Program-made: the position numbers and the translations under genes
Source of the DNA: Tetramitus jugosus
Lineage: Eukaryota > Protista > Heterolobosea
DNA length: 64,000 nt
NCBI GenBank assembly: GCA_937625935.1
Contig: OW569374.1
Span: forward strand, 62,001-126,000
Reading direction: 5' to 3'
Part shown: positions 22,012-34,996 of the stretch, piece after piece
How positions within the stretch are numbered: position 1 is the stretch's first letter
Layout: every line of letters begins with the position of its first letter
The notes under the pieces: generated by a model
What the model was told of the DNA's origin: nothing
Databases searched by the model: none
What the model saw: only the letters and a program-made list of their open reading frames with translations

Positions 22012-24564
22012 ATGGCCAATCAACAACAACAACAACAACACTCATCCACCACTCACACTACTCCCACCACTGACACCATCACTAAAGAAAATGAAGATGA
22101 AAATGAAGATGAAGAAGGCATGAACACCAATAACAAAAAACATCGTGCTCTCATCATGTTCTCAGAGTTATTAGACTTGGAACATCCCATCCTATCCAAC
22201 AACATGATTGCCTATCTTGAACAAGATGGCATGTATCGTTTGTTTCTCTCTTTTATCACTAGACCTTTTATTCTATCATCATTCAATTCATCATCATTAA
22301 ACGCTACATGTCTCACATATGATATGAGTCAATTACACTTGACTCTTCAGTCATCATCATCATCATCTTTATTCTCCAAGCATTTACTTCCTCTTCATTT
22401 TGATCATCAAGTGAAGAATAGTAATGATAATGATGAACAGGAAGAATATGTAGCAACGGTTCGATCCTATAGAGCAGTTGATTTAATCTGTAATGCTTCA
22501 AATCTGTTAAAAAAATCAATTGAAAATCACATGAATATCATTGTTGAGTCATTGTTTGTTGATTGTTTTCACATTGACAACAACAACAACAAGAAGGAGA
22601 AGAATGATATTGATGATAAGGAGGTGTTGATGATTTCCAAGTGCAATTTTTTTCATTTTCACAAGTTGATGGAACACTTGGTCAATCAATATAGAATGGA
22701 AGTGTTTGAGGTGTTGAGAGAAAAACGGTTGATTCCATTGATGATTCCACATGTGGGCCGTCATGCCATTCTGAGTAACACAATGATGCATTTGATTGAA
22801 ATGTCTCAACCGTCTTCGTCTTCTTCTGTTGCGTCTCTTGCGACGAAATTAGGTCTCCAGTCACAGTTGGCTCAAGATGATTTGTTGTTGAGATTGATAC
22901 GGATCATGATGACTACCAAGAAGAAGAAGACAAGTATGACATTGGGTGAAAATAAGGAGGATATCGATAGATGTGTAAATAGAAGAGTAAAACAAGAAGA
23001 AGGAGACGAAGAAGAAGCAGAAACGAGGGATTGTGTATTGATGGGAAGGGTGATCCATATGGATGAAGCAATAGAGAGTGCATGTGATTTGGTGATTGAG
23101 TTGGTGGATGAGTTGTGTCATCAGGAGATTGAACGAGAAAAGTATGTGAGTGATTTGGCAAAGAGTGAGGAATACAAGAAGAGGAATCAGCAGAATGGCA
23201 TTACTTTGAATAATCCGAGTAGCAAAGGTCATGCGAGACAACCACCGACACTTGTGTTGAACATTGGTAATAGAAGTTTTGCTCCCGATACTCTATCAAA
23301 CAATGTACCGCAAATGATGAATCATGGAGATGCAGCGACAAGAGCGAGTTCAGATACAGATACTGCGACGCATCAGACGAGCAAGAGTGAGCGCAGTGAA
23401 GATGACGAAACGTTCAACGAGATCAAAAAGGGAGTCGGGCACATCTTGTCCAGTCTTTTCATTCCACAGGAGGTAAATTACGGAACAAAAACAATGACGA
23501 AAAATCATAATTATATCATTGAGTTGTTGCGAGTGATTGAGGATGATGAACATTATAGTTATACGAGTCGCAAGTGCTGCAGTAGAGTGCTCTTGTACAT
23601 TGTCGAGCGAACATTTGGTCGGGCAAGGACGAAGCATGAGGAAGAGGATCAATCATGCACCGATCGTCCAAAATCCCTGACCGATATCCATGAGAGTGTC
23701 ATCGAAACCATTGTGGAACATTTTCCAATCTTGTGCAACGTGCTCATGAAGGAGAAGGATCCCACAGATCGTGACTCTGTTACGCTATCGGCTTATTCTG
23801 TAACTCGTGGGTTCTCTGTATTTCGCATGAATATCATGCAACTGTTGCTGAGTGCTGTTCGGTACTCTTACCTGTGTGGTGATCCAGATCAATGCTCTGT
23901 GCTTTTGGCTCACGTAGAGAAGACCAAGGACGAACCAACAGATATATTCAAAGTGCTGATCGACTGGTTCATCACCTATCGGTTCAATAACATGTATCAT
24001 AATGTATTTGGTGATTTGATGAGCGAGATTATTTATTCGGGAGAAGAGGCTGTGCTCTGGTGTATATTAACCAAAAATGAATTCCTTACAAAAATTATGA
24101 ATCTGTACGACGATACGCTGCCGGCTGACAATCGAGGACATATTCTGATGATCTGCAATTTGTTACGACTAACATCGGACACATTTGACCGCCAATCATA
24201 TCTTTACAGATACTTGTCTTTGAATAAGAAGTGGAAAGATTTCCAATCCAAGTTGATTCATGATACGTTGATTGAGATTGGATCGTCGAATGAACGAGAT
24301 GTGATGATTGGATCGGAATATGCAGAGGAGCTTGGTTTCTATGAAAATAATCAGTATCATAGGGAGGCAGAAGATCATATAGTACATCCCTCACCTGAAG
24401 AGCAAGTAACAATTAATAATGAGATAGGCGAGGAGGAAGGAGCGTTTAGCGATGAGCTTTATGATGATTACTCTGATGACGAAGGGGAAGCCATGGATAT
24501 CGACTATCAACATTATCCCGAAGAAGATGATGACGATGATGTGTTTGAGTATAGAGAAGAATGA
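22012..24564 (+). CDS. SAPS-domain protein (SIT4/PP6 phosphatase regulatory subunit-like), 850 aa
   Basis: FSVFRMNIMQLL, DWFITYRFNNMYHNVF, NRGHILMICNLL, KKWKDF, acidic tail resemble the SAPS family C-terminal core. Confidence 0.65.
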   Translation: MANQQQQQQHSSTTHTTPTTDTITKENEDENEDEEGMNTNNKKHRALIMFSELLDLEHPILSNNMIAYLEQDGMYRLFLSFITRPFILSSFNSSSLNATCLTYDMSQLHLTLQSSSSSSLFSKHLLPLHFDHQVKNSNDNDEQEEYVATVRSYRAVDLICNASNLLKKSIENHMNIIVESLFVDCFHIDNNNNKKEKNDIDDKEVLMISKCNFFHFHKLMEHLVNQYRMEVFEVLREKRLIPLMIPHVGRHAILSNTMMHLIEMSQPSSSSSVASLATKLGLQSQLAQDDLLLRLIRIMMTTKKKKTSMTLGENKEDIDRCVNRRVKQEEGDEEEAETRDCVLMGRVIHMDEAIESACDLVIELVDELCHQEIEREKYVSDLAKSEEYKKRNQQNGITLNNPSSKGHARQPPTLVLNIGNRSFAPDTLSNNVPQMMNHGDAATRASSDTDTATHQTSKSERSEDDETFNEIKKGVGHILSSLFIPQEVNYGTKTMTKNHNYIIELLRVIEDDEHYSYTSRKCCSRVLLYIVERTFGRARTKHEEEDQSCTDRPKSLTDIHESVIETIVEHFPILCNVLMKEKDPTDRDSVTLSAYSVTRGFSVFRMNIMQLLLSAVRYSYLCGDPDQCSVLLAHVEKTKDEPTDIFKVLIDWFITYRFNNMYHNVFGDLMSEIIYSGEEAVLWCILTKNEFLTKIMNLYDDTLPADNRGHILMICNLLRLTSDTFDRQSYLYRYLSLNKKWKDFQSKLIHDTLIEIGSSNERDVMIGSEYAEELGFYENNQYHREAEDHIVHPSPEEQVTINNEIGEEEGAFSDELYDDYSDDEGEAMDIDYQHYPEEDDDDDVFEYREE

Positions 24565-24592
24565 ATCGCCAATTCATTGTGAACAATAAATT

Positions 24593-27537
24593 TCATCCAC
24601 TTAAAGTTGTGGCTGAGCGTTCATATGCGCCCCTCAGGAATTCACGGATTGATTTACGGCTGTCATAACCTTCCTTAGGTTCTTCCTCCAATACAATCCG
24701 TGGTGGTTTCATATGGCTCTGCTTCTCTTTGGTGAACAAAGCTTCGGTGCTCTGAAGATTCACATTGTCTTCTCTTCTATCGCGCTCTGCGAAAAAGTCT
24801 GGAGTGTTTGATCTCTCCCTGTATGGTATTGGTGCCTCTTCCTCAGTTTGGTACCTCGTCTTAAAGGAGCGTCTCCTTGGTCTTGTTGGAAGGATTGGTT
24901 GAGGGGAAGGGACTGGTTGAATATCGACATCATCAGATCTTCCTAAAAGCTTCGTGTCTGTTGTTACGTCCTCATTAGGTGTAGTGAGTGTAAGTGGAGC
25001 CACCATTCTCTTTGGATGGACGGGCACTGACTGAGTGCGTGGGTCGTGAGTTGGGGATGAGAGCTTCTTCGCTGATCTCGGTGTTAGCGAGGTGGACATT
25101 GGTCCTTTGCCATGTATAGGAACCTCAACGTCTCTGAGCCACGGGTGTTGCAAGAGCTGGAAGGTCGTGTACCGCTTACTCTGATCTCTTTCAAAGCAAT
25201 TTCTCAGAAAGTCTTTTGCTTTCTCAGAGATACAGTCTGCAAACATTGGTGGATCATTTGTTGACGCAATTTTAAACATGACCGCTGCAGCGGTGGTACA
25301 CTCTGAAAATGGTGGTTTGCCCGTGAACATCTCCAAGACAGTGCATCCTATACTCCATATATCGGCCGGTCTACCATGTCCTTCTTGTGTGATTACTTCA
25401 GGAGCCATAAAGTTAGGAGTGCCAATGAGAGATTTGAAATCTGTAGACATCGTCATGATATCTTGAATCTTCTTTGAAGCGCCAAAATCAGCTAACTTTA
25501 TCACACCTTCTACATTGATCAGTATGTTGGCTCCCTTGATATCCCGATGAACGATTCTGTTTTCATGAAGGTACAAGAGACCTATTAATATTTGTTTGGT
25601 GAACTGCTTCACAATATCTTCGCTGAGACGACCAAATCGTTTTATCAAGGAAGCAATAGATCCACCGGGCACATATTCCAAGAAAATATCGAGAGTTGCC
25701 CCTAATTTCTCTGCTCCATAATACTGTACAATATTGATATGCTTCAAAGATTTCATTAAAGTAATCTCTCTTTGTAATGCGTTCAGTTTCTAATTAACAA
25801 AAATGATGTTAGTTTCTTCGTGGTATACATACAGAGTTCAACAAAACAATGAAAAACAAACCTCTTCTAGAATTTGTGGGGGGACGTTAGCGAATGTCAC
25901 TTCCTTGACAGCAAAAAACTGGCAATTGTCGGCATCAAAACTCATATACACCTTTCCATTTGCTCCATGTCCAATTAGGTCACCCTTCTTGTAATTCTTT
26001 ATGCTCTTTCTTCGCTTTTTCTCTTTTTGCACCTCGTTTGGTGTTCCGGGATCTGATTCACCTGAATGTTCTTGGCTTTCGGGTCTTGAAGTCGAAGAAG
26101 CATTACTCTTTGCACTATTCACCCTTTCGTCTGTACACTCAACTCTCCTACTCGAAGACATGGATGGATAACTCGTGGAGCGTTCTCGAGTCGACCTGGA
26201 AGAAGATCTCTTCTTTTCTCTCCTCCCCTTCTCACTTTCGGATTCACTCCTATCGTTAAGGGCACTATCAGAATTAGTAGGACTAGCTAGGAGCACAGGA
26301 GTTCTAGATCCAGAACTACCATGGTCACTTTCCAATGGTGAATCATTGTTCGACCGCGTGTGTTTAGTCAGCATCGGCAGAGTCCCTCTCGGTGTTATAG
26401 GTGTTCGAGGGGTGCGTGGTGTTGGGGGAGTTCGAGAATGATCTGAGTGGGGAGACCCTCCTCCTGAAGTAGGTGTTGATGATCTAGGTGAGATATTCAA
26501 TGGAATAATCTGCTGGTGATGTGGTGTATGGGCAGACATCGGAGAACCTACCACACTGATCATATTGTTTGTCTTGTTTGACATAGGATACATTTTACTG
26601 CTGTGTCGAGACGAAGAAACTTGAGGAGATGATGGATGGAAGAATAAACTTGGAGATGGTGATCTAGGGGTCCGTCTTTGACCATTATGAGGCGATGGTG
26701 GTATGCTCGAAGATGGAGAAAGCGTTGTAAACTGTTGAGGTTGTTGGTACCGTGTCACTGAATAGGGTGAACTGGGCATTTCGTATCCATGCCGCGTCTT
26801 CACACTTCCCTTGGTTATCGAAGGCTATAATCATAACAAAATTTAACATGAGTGAGTGTACTACATTCAAAGTTCAACCAACAGAATGAAAATTGACGGG
26901 CTTACCTTCCTAGTTTCTATTCCCGTGAGATTATTTGCATTGATACTCATCGACTTTATCGATGTTGCCTTTCTGCTGCTGCTCGGGTGAAATGCATTTG
27001 ATAGTTTCGAGCTCGATCGTTCATACAAATCCTGATAGATATCATCACATACACAACAATATGAAATAAAGAAATGAGTGAACACATTTTCTCAATCATA
27101 CATTTTTGGATCCAAATTGACAGACTTACATGCAAATCTTCTCTTAGAGCTTCTTCATCCAGTGTAAGTGTCACCATCGAAGCTCCATTACTCACCAAAG
27201 TTGGAGACAATAGATTACTTGCATGATTGTGAATGGATTGATGATGAGGATGAACTACACCACTGTTCACACTCGATGCTCTCTGTTGAGCTTTTCTTCC
27301 TCTGATCGTAGCTACACTGGAGCTACCACTTCCATTGTTCAACAACCATGACATGGATGAATCATCATTGTGAAGGTCAGCTTCGATAATGTTGTCATCT
27401 ACAGGAGATGATGTCTCTGCGCCCAAATGATGAATGTTGTTGATGTTATTGCTGTAGTTATTATAGCTGATATTGTTACTCAGGTTCTCATCATGATGGT
27501 TGGTAAGATGTTTGAGGTGTTGAGGTCTTCTTTTCAT
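24593..27537 (-). CDS. STE11/MEKK/NPK1-like MAP kinase kinase kinase, 4 exons, ~897 aa
   Basis: Exons 27537-27130, 27031-26906, 26824-25862, 25789-24593 join in frame. GDLIGHGANGKVY, FAVKEV, FLEYVPGGSI, HRDIKGANIL, DFGASK, GTPNFMAPE. Ser/Pro-rich N-terminus. Confidence 0.9.
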
Positions 27538-27875
27538 GGTCAATCAACATAAAGCAGAATACACAAAGATATGACGAGTTTAGTTGATGTTGTTGGAAAT
27601 ATTGTTGAGCAAGCTTTCACACAGAGTTGGGTTACGAAAAGCTTTTAGAGCTATATAATATCCAATTGATTGATTGGTTATTAATTAATTTGGAGACAGG
27701 GTAATATTGAAGCGAATGATGCTGACCCAAACAGTAGCCGTAGTTGCTGTGTTTGTTCGCGTGAGAGTTTATGATTTCGAGGGAATGCCGCAAGCGACGA
27801 ATCACTCGACAGATTCGCGAGTCAGAGTCGCGTCCTAACAGAACGGTGAGAATGACAATTGGTCCTATAATAAAG

Positions 27876-30276
27876 TCATTTGCTCACTTTTTGTTCTAAG
27901 ACCTCATTAAGAGCCTTTTCTAGCAGAGGAGTATACCGAGGATGAATATGAGTTCCATCGAGCTCATACTCCTTCAGCAGACTCTTTTGATCGCTTGTCA
28001 GCAGCTGATCAAAGAAGTGCAACCATTTGAGACGATTTCTATGACTACTTGCCTTACTGTTCAGCTTGGTTAGTTTCTCAAGCATAATACGATTGAACAG
28101 TTTGACAGTGTCTCTGGTTACATCGAGAACTGGCAACACGGGATGAATATAGATGTCCAAGTTCTTCTTCTTTTGTATTTTGCGCAATTCGTTCAAGTAG
28201 ATGTCAATAGCTATTCCGATGCCCTCTTCCAAGTTTTTGTAACGGCACTTTTGGACAGCAAGCCATATACCTTCCCTGCAATCTATCTCCCCAAACATGA
28301 ATATAACTTGCTCATTGTCTGGTATTGATTCAATAGCAGAAGTAAAGTTGGCTTTGGGATAGAAGTCTGACTCAGGTCGCATATGCCAACATTTCAGTCC
28401 TGTGACTAGTACAGGCAGCAATGTTCTTTTTTGTTCACCCATCTGTATGACTTGCCACGCAGGGCTCAGACAGTGACTTTCGCCACATACATACAACGGT
28501 GGAGCATCTGGCATGATTGGTAATTGCTTTGATAGATACGTCATTATCTGCGATATACAACAGAAATAGGCATGCTCGTTCCGAATGGTAGTATCGTGCA
28601 ACTGTTGACCCACTCTCAATCCCTCCAGTCTTGATATGATCGGAGGAAGTTGCGATAAGGCTCCAGTTACATACAAAATCTTTACCACCGTAAAATAGAG
28701 AGCAAGTAGATCGAGTTGATCAACAGTATGCTGTAGTGATTCAAGATGTCAGAGTGATTGAATATCGACAATTATCATAAGTAAGTAAGTAGTGATACCA
28801 TACCTTTTCTGTTGTTTTTGCTTTGATAGATATAGCCGGAGATCCCTTCTTCACTAAGACAGATCCTTGATTTGGCACCCATTGTAACTCCATCTCGTTT
28901 GAAAAATCTACAGCTTTATCTCCATGTCTATACTCGCTTGTTGCAGATGAAGAGATAACACAAACATCCTCAATGAATCTTACAAACTCTCCCGCTGTAA
29001 GATCTCCAACTGAGGCAGATGAATTAAGTGTGAGATATTTCTTGCACTCATCAATTGCTTCTTGATATCGAATATGTAACTCATATGTGTGCACGAGATT
29101 CAGCATGTAAGAGACATTATCAGGTTTGATTTTCAAAGCCTCTCGGTATAAAACAATCGCCTCTTCTACTGCAGAATGCTCTTTGACTATGAGAGCTATC
29201 CATGCCAAAGCAGGTGCTATATCTGAACTTTTTGCAGTGCTGTTTGTTAATTGCTGAATAAGTAGTTTGGGTCCTGCCTTCGGATTCTTGATCACACCAG
29301 CTAACATTGTCTTAACTAATTTGTTATTCTGATCCTTCACGAGACATCGCAACAAAACACTCAACGCTTCATCATAATCCATTCGATCTATCATAACATA
29401 TGCATACTCAATCAACGCATCTTGATTTTGGTCATCTTGTAATAACACGTGAGAGATGAGACCGAAACCAGCCTCCTTCTCACCCAACCGATAGAGTGTT
29501 TTTCCAAGCTTGATCGTTAAATCACTCTTCATTTCACTAATTCGCAATTTAGTAGCGCCATCAGCTGCATTCGAGCTAGAAAGAACTTTTTCAAACACTT
29601 GATTTGCAAAATTATAATTCTCCAATGCCTTAGTATACTGTTTCTCATAAAAATAGGAGTCAGCCAAACTGAGAAACACCTTGTAGTCATAGTGCTTTTG
29701 ATCAATCACCATCTGAAGATATTTTGCTGCCTTGTCATACACACCACAAATGAAATAAATAGTACCCAGATTTGAACAACAGCCCAGCTTGTCCACACCC
29801 AGCTCTAAAAGCTTTGAGAAATACTCTACTGATACATTGTACTTTTTCTTGACAAAAGCTTCATTAGCAACCTGATTCAACTGCTGTGCAATTGCAAGAA
29901 TCTGTTGTTGCTGTTGCAAGGTAGGATTGTTGCTTGCTGCTTTCTGTTTGGGCACGATCTGAGATTGCTTCTTCTTGCTTGTGGTCTCTTCAGATCTTGA
30001 TCTTGTGTTAAACTTGATAAAAATGTGCATATTGTCACTCAATGATTGCACCACTTGGCCATTCTCCTCTGATGTCAAAAACAGCATGCACTGATCCAAG
30101 TTGGACTCTGCAGCCAGAACTGCCTCAATCAAGTCACTGTTGGCACCTTTTGTGTGCTTGAGATGATCAATCAACACAAGTTTGAATTGATCAATTGATG
30201 TTGCCTCGGCACTGTCCCAATCAATCACATCAGAGTAGGCATACTCTGTCCAATGAACATGAATTCTCAACAACAT
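27876..30276 (-). CDS. TPR-repeat protein with C-terminal SGNH hydrolase-like domain, 2 exons, ~775 aa
   Basis: Exons 30276-28804 and 28730-27876, phase 0 intron GTATGG..ACTACAG. Several TPR motifs. YVCGESHC, FMFGEIDCREG and LDGTHIHP fit the SGNH Ser and DxxH blocks. Confidence 0.75.
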
Positions 30277-30508
30277 GGCCGAACCTGAATTTGATCTTGA
30301 GAAATTCGGGAGTAGGGGATTCATTGCTTCTTCTTTCCACACACACATCTACGAAACACGTATTTCCTCCAACCAAATTTTGACCGCCTCCAGATCGGAG
30401 ATATTTTTCCCCGAGCAGAGTAAATTCACAAACAACAACGTCAAATCATCACACATAGCTGGAGCTGCTCACTTGTGAACAACCACAACATTTCATTTTT
30501 CGATTATC

Positions 30509-33193
30509 ATGGCTTCCGCTTATTCTACATTGGAAGAGAGTGAACAGAAGGGCCTAAGTCGCTTCTTTAGCAAGGCTTTTTGGCGTAATACGGCCTATGC
30601 TGGCGTTGGTGTCGTTATCATTTCCATCATTGCTGCCATTGTGCTCATTCTTGTTCTCAGTATGTTTCTTTTTTTTTTTTCTCTCTCATATCTTATATTG
30701 GCTCAACATCATGCATCAAAGAGAGTCAGCTACACACATGTTCACTGTGATGAATCACATGACTAACAATGCGTTTCACCTTTTTTATATATAGCATACA
30801 AGACACCTGTGACCAAGAAATCCTACTCTTTTGATGCCATGTTTGATTCATCGTTGACTCCCAATTCGTTCTCTGCAGTCTGGAGCACATCTCCAACAAG
30901 CAATCAAATGTTGTACTGGAAGACGATACAGCGTCAACAATCATCATCATCTGACGAACAATCATCATCGTTGTTGACTCAACCAAAGAGTATTGAACAA
31001 ATGCTAAAGAACAATGATATTCAAGCAATGAAGGAACAACAACAATCCAATGAAACATGTGTCATTGTGTCCAAGGATCCAGCATCAGGCAAGGAAGCCA
31101 TCATTTTTGATCAATCACACTACGAAGAAACCATTCCATGCGGTACCACTTTTACAGTGTCACCTGATGCTCGTTACATTGCATTCAAGACTGAAGTGGA
31201 AAAGGTGTTCCGTCATTCCATTATTGGCAAGTATTTGTTCTTTGACACACAATCAAAAAAGTTCTCTGATGTCTCTCCAAACGCCAACAACAAGCAAAAG
31301 ACACTTGTCTGGTGCCCAAGTGGAAACACTGTTGCTTTTGTTGAGAATAACAACATTTTTGTCAGAAAGTCACCAAGTGCACCTGCTGTTCAAGTCACAA
31401 ACGACGGTAATGATGAACTGTTGTTCAATGGTGTGACCGATTGGATCTACGAAGAAGAGGTTTTTGGTTCTGTTGAGTCCTTTGTTTGGAATCAAGACTG
31501 TTCCAAGATTGGCTTCTTGAAGTTGGACGAGAGTCACGTGCCAGTCTACAGATATGAAGAGTACTATGCAGATAAGCCATACCCTGTTCCAATTAACATT
31601 AGAATTCCAAACCCTGGTTTCCCTAATCCAATCCCTAGTGTTCATGTGTATCATTTGGACACTGATAAGGTTGTTGATGTCAACTTGGGACCTGTGAACA
31701 CTGGAGATTTGACCAAGGACTTTTATGTTTACGATTTGAAGTTTGCCAATGAGACTGCTCTTGCTGTGATTGTCGTTCCTAGAGTTCAACAAAAGAAGCA
31801 AATTTTGCTCGTGAATACTGAAGTCACCGGTACTGTTGCTGAACCTGTTGTCATTCGAACTGAAACCATTGATACTTGGATTCAATATGCCAGAGAAGTA
31901 ACTTTCCTATCTGGTCATCAATTTGTTGACTTGATTGCGTTCAATAACTCTTATCATATTGGTTTGTTCAATGTCGGACAAGAAGAACCTGTCAAGCTCT
32001 TGACATCTGGACCATATGAAGTCACAAACATTTTGGCATTCAACCAACACACTAGAGAATTGTTTTATGTGAGTGCTGAGAAGGGATCCACCGAGAGACA
32101 TGTTTATGGTATTAATGTCGACACGAATGCCAAGAGAGCCTTGTGCAATGATGCAAAGGAAGGATACTACTCTGCCAGTTTCAGTTCTGATGCCAACTTT
32201 TATATTCTCAACTATCAAGGACCAGATCTCCCATACACCTTGCTCAAGTCCATTGATGAGAGCAAGAATGTTACAGAGAAGTTGGTTGACAACTCTCACT
32301 TGAAGAAGACATTGAATCACTACAACATCCCAACTTCTCAAATTACTACCATCAAGAATAACCATGGTGATAACATGAACGTTTTGTACGTGTTCCCTCC
32401 AGAGTGGACCGAAGGTACCGAGATTCAATACCCTGTGTTGATGTACTTGTACAATGGACCTGGTTCTCAACTCGTTACAAAGAGCTACTATGCCATGCAT
32501 AACTCTTTCTCCATGTACATGGCCTCTCAAGGTTTTATTGTTGCTACTGTTGACGGAAGAGGTACTGGCTTCAAGGGTATTGACTACATGACTTGTACTT
32601 ATAAGAATTTGGGACAAAAGGAAGTCGAAGATCAGATCGCAGCCGCTAGAGTTATTGCTGATCGTACTGACACTGACGGTGCCAGAATGTCCATTTGGGG
32701 CTGGAGTTATGGTGGCTACATGGCCAGCAAAGTCATTTCCTCCACCTTGAATGATAATCTCTTTATGCTCGGTGTCAGCGTTGCTCCTGTGACCGATTGG
32801 GGTTACTATGACTCTGCATACACTGAGAGATACATGCAATGGCCTGCAATCAATCCAGCTGGATATTTGAACTCTTCAGTCATCAGTCAGATTAGAGATG
32901 AAAAGTGTCCATTGTTGCCAACCGAACAAACTGAAAAGAATGGTGATGTATCATTGGTTCAATCATCCACTAGATTTGTTTTGGTTCATGGTACCGGTGA
33001 TGACAATGTTCATCCATTGAACTCATACAACTTGATGACCGAGTTGCAAAATCGCCAGATTCAATTTGAAACCATGTTCTATCCAAACAAGGACCATTCC
33101 ATTGCTGGTGGGGCCACCAGAAGACATCTCTACCGCTTCTTGTCCAACAAGATTAAGCAGTATGTCACGGAAGACAAGTGCACCACATTCTAA
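30509..33193 (+). CDS. DPP4: Dipeptidyl peptidase IV family (S9B) type II membrane peptidase, 2 exons, ~849 aa
   Basis: Exons 30509-30659 and 30795-33193. N-terminal TM anchor; NGVTDWIYEEEV, GWSYGG nucleophile, YDSAYTERYM, HGTGDDNVH, YPNKDH. Confidence 0.92.
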
Positions 33194-33378
33194 TCTTCCT
33201 AAGCCTGTGCAGCGTACACACGTATCGCTCTCTCTACTCGATCTCACATTAGAGTAAATTATTATTACAATTGTAAAACCAACAAACATATTGGTTGTAT
33301 TCAAACGCTCAAACTTAAGTTGCGACTGCGGAACAACAACACGGAGAAAATAATTCAAGAAGAAAAAACAAAAACAGC

Positions 33379-34830
33379 ATGAAAAGCTTTTTGCGTCGAC
33401 CAGGAAGTGCTGCATTTCGCATATCTCCCAATTGGAGAAAGCCACAACGATCACCATCTACACGACCACCACTACATTTCAGAAACACACCATCACACTA
33501 CTACTCTTTGACACACAACATACCATGTCAACAACAGCACTGTTGTCCATTCTACCACCATAGTCATCAAAGCTATCATCATAGTAGTAACAATAGTAAC
33601 AACAACAACAACTCACATTCAATCAGCACAGGTGACAACAATGAAAATTCAAGCTTTGCAAACAACATTCAACAAAAGTACTCTGATTTGACTCAGTCCA
33701 TACTGAGAATTTGGAGCACTGATAGTCCACAGCAAGCACACATGAATTTTGCATCGACTCTGCAGTTGTTTACAGAAATTTTGCAAAATTTGGATGAGCG
33801 ACTATTCACCTGTGATCACATTCAAATTCCAAAGTACAAGATTGCGCAAATGAACCAATTTTTTGAGGCGCCAAAATTCGATGATCGCTCTACGGTAAAT
33901 TTGCCGCCGTTTCAGCGGAATTATCACAAAATTTCCATGGAGTCCATGCTCTTGTTGGAGTTGTATGCTCAATTTTTGGAGAGCTACTCTCTTTCACAAG
34001 TGGATCTCACATCAAACATGGTGTTATCACCATTGTCATCTCCAACTCAAGCAAGCTCTCACCCGTCGTCATCATTGTCATTTGATCGAACCATGTTGAA
34101 TGATGAACAGTGGTCCTTGCTCCAAAAAAGCTTTATGCAGAGGCATTCAGTGTACAAGATTTTTAGGTTGGTAGATTGTTGGTTTCAAACGTTTGATGAC
34201 GTAAAGATGATACAACTTGATTTTGAGAATGAGTTTGCTCATGTCAGGATGTGGGAACGATTACAATCACGGTTTATTACTCGTCAATTTCCCGCTTTTG
34301 TAAATCCACATGGTAAATCAAGTGTATTGAACATTTTGTTGCTGAATTCAGCTCGGTATGGCTTCAATCTCGGTGTCAAAGCAATGAATCATCAATTGCT
34401 ATCATTGGCAATCTCAGTGTTTGAAACTGTGCTCAGTGATATGAAGTATATGCCATTGGATCGGTATCAGCGCTATCTGAAGGAGAAGCGCCTCAATATC
34501 AAGGAAAAAAATGAAAATTACAATGAAAAAATGGACTGCTTCGCAATCATGGCCATGGTGCGATTGGCTGCGTGTTATCAAACAGTAGGACGGTACGGAG
34601 ATGCCCGGCTCCAACTTGACACAGCCCATCAGATGACACAATCCTATCTCACCAATGATGGGGCATCAATATGTGCACAGCATACCACAATTAGACACAT
34701 GAAACGTCACCTGGAGATTGTGCAAGAACAAGTCCAATTTTTGAATGAGGAAGAAGAAGCAACACAACGAGAAAACAACTCTGAAGGATCCCTACCTTCC
34801 TTTTTTCAGTCAACGAGCACTGTGAAATAA
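33379..34830 (+). CDS. Hypothetical protein, possible mitochondrial presequence and C-terminal TPR-like helices, 483 aa
   Basis: Long ORF. Arg/Ser-rich, acid-free N-terminus. AMVRLAACYQTVGRYGDARLQLDTA is TPR-like. Confidence 0.65.
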   Translation: MKSFLRRPGSAAFRISPNWRKPQRSPSTRPPLHFRNTPSHYYSLTHNIPCQQQHCCPFYHHSHQSYHHSSNNSNNNNNSHSISTGDNNENSSFANNIQQKYSDLTQSILRIWSTDSPQQAHMNFASTLQLFTEILQNLDERLFTCDHIQIPKYKIAQMNQFFEAPKFDDRSTVNLPPFQRNYHKISMESMLLLELYAQFLESYSLSQVDLTSNMVLSPLSSPTQASSHPSSSLSFDRTMLNDEQWSLLQKSFMQRHSVYKIFRLVDCWFQTFDDVKMIQLDFENEFAHVRMWERLQSRFITRQFPAFVNPHGKSSVLNILLLNSARYGFNLGVKAMNHQLLSLAISVFETVLSDMKYMPLDRYQRYLKEKRLNIKEKNENYNEKMDCFAIMAMVRLAACYQTVGRYGDARLQLDTAHQMTQSYLTNDGASICAQHTTIRHMKRHLEIVQEQVQFLNEEEEATQRENNSEGSLPSFFQSTSTVK

Positions 34831-34996
34831 AGTCTCACAACCATCTTCCTTGCGGATAGCGCACACATCCAAAACATTGACGTTGACCAAAAATAATAGT
34901 GACATCCATCGTGAATCTTCTACAGCGAAAAGGGACTACCCAATATTCGAACAACAACTTGTTAACGACAAACAAAAGATCACTTTGACAGCAAAC

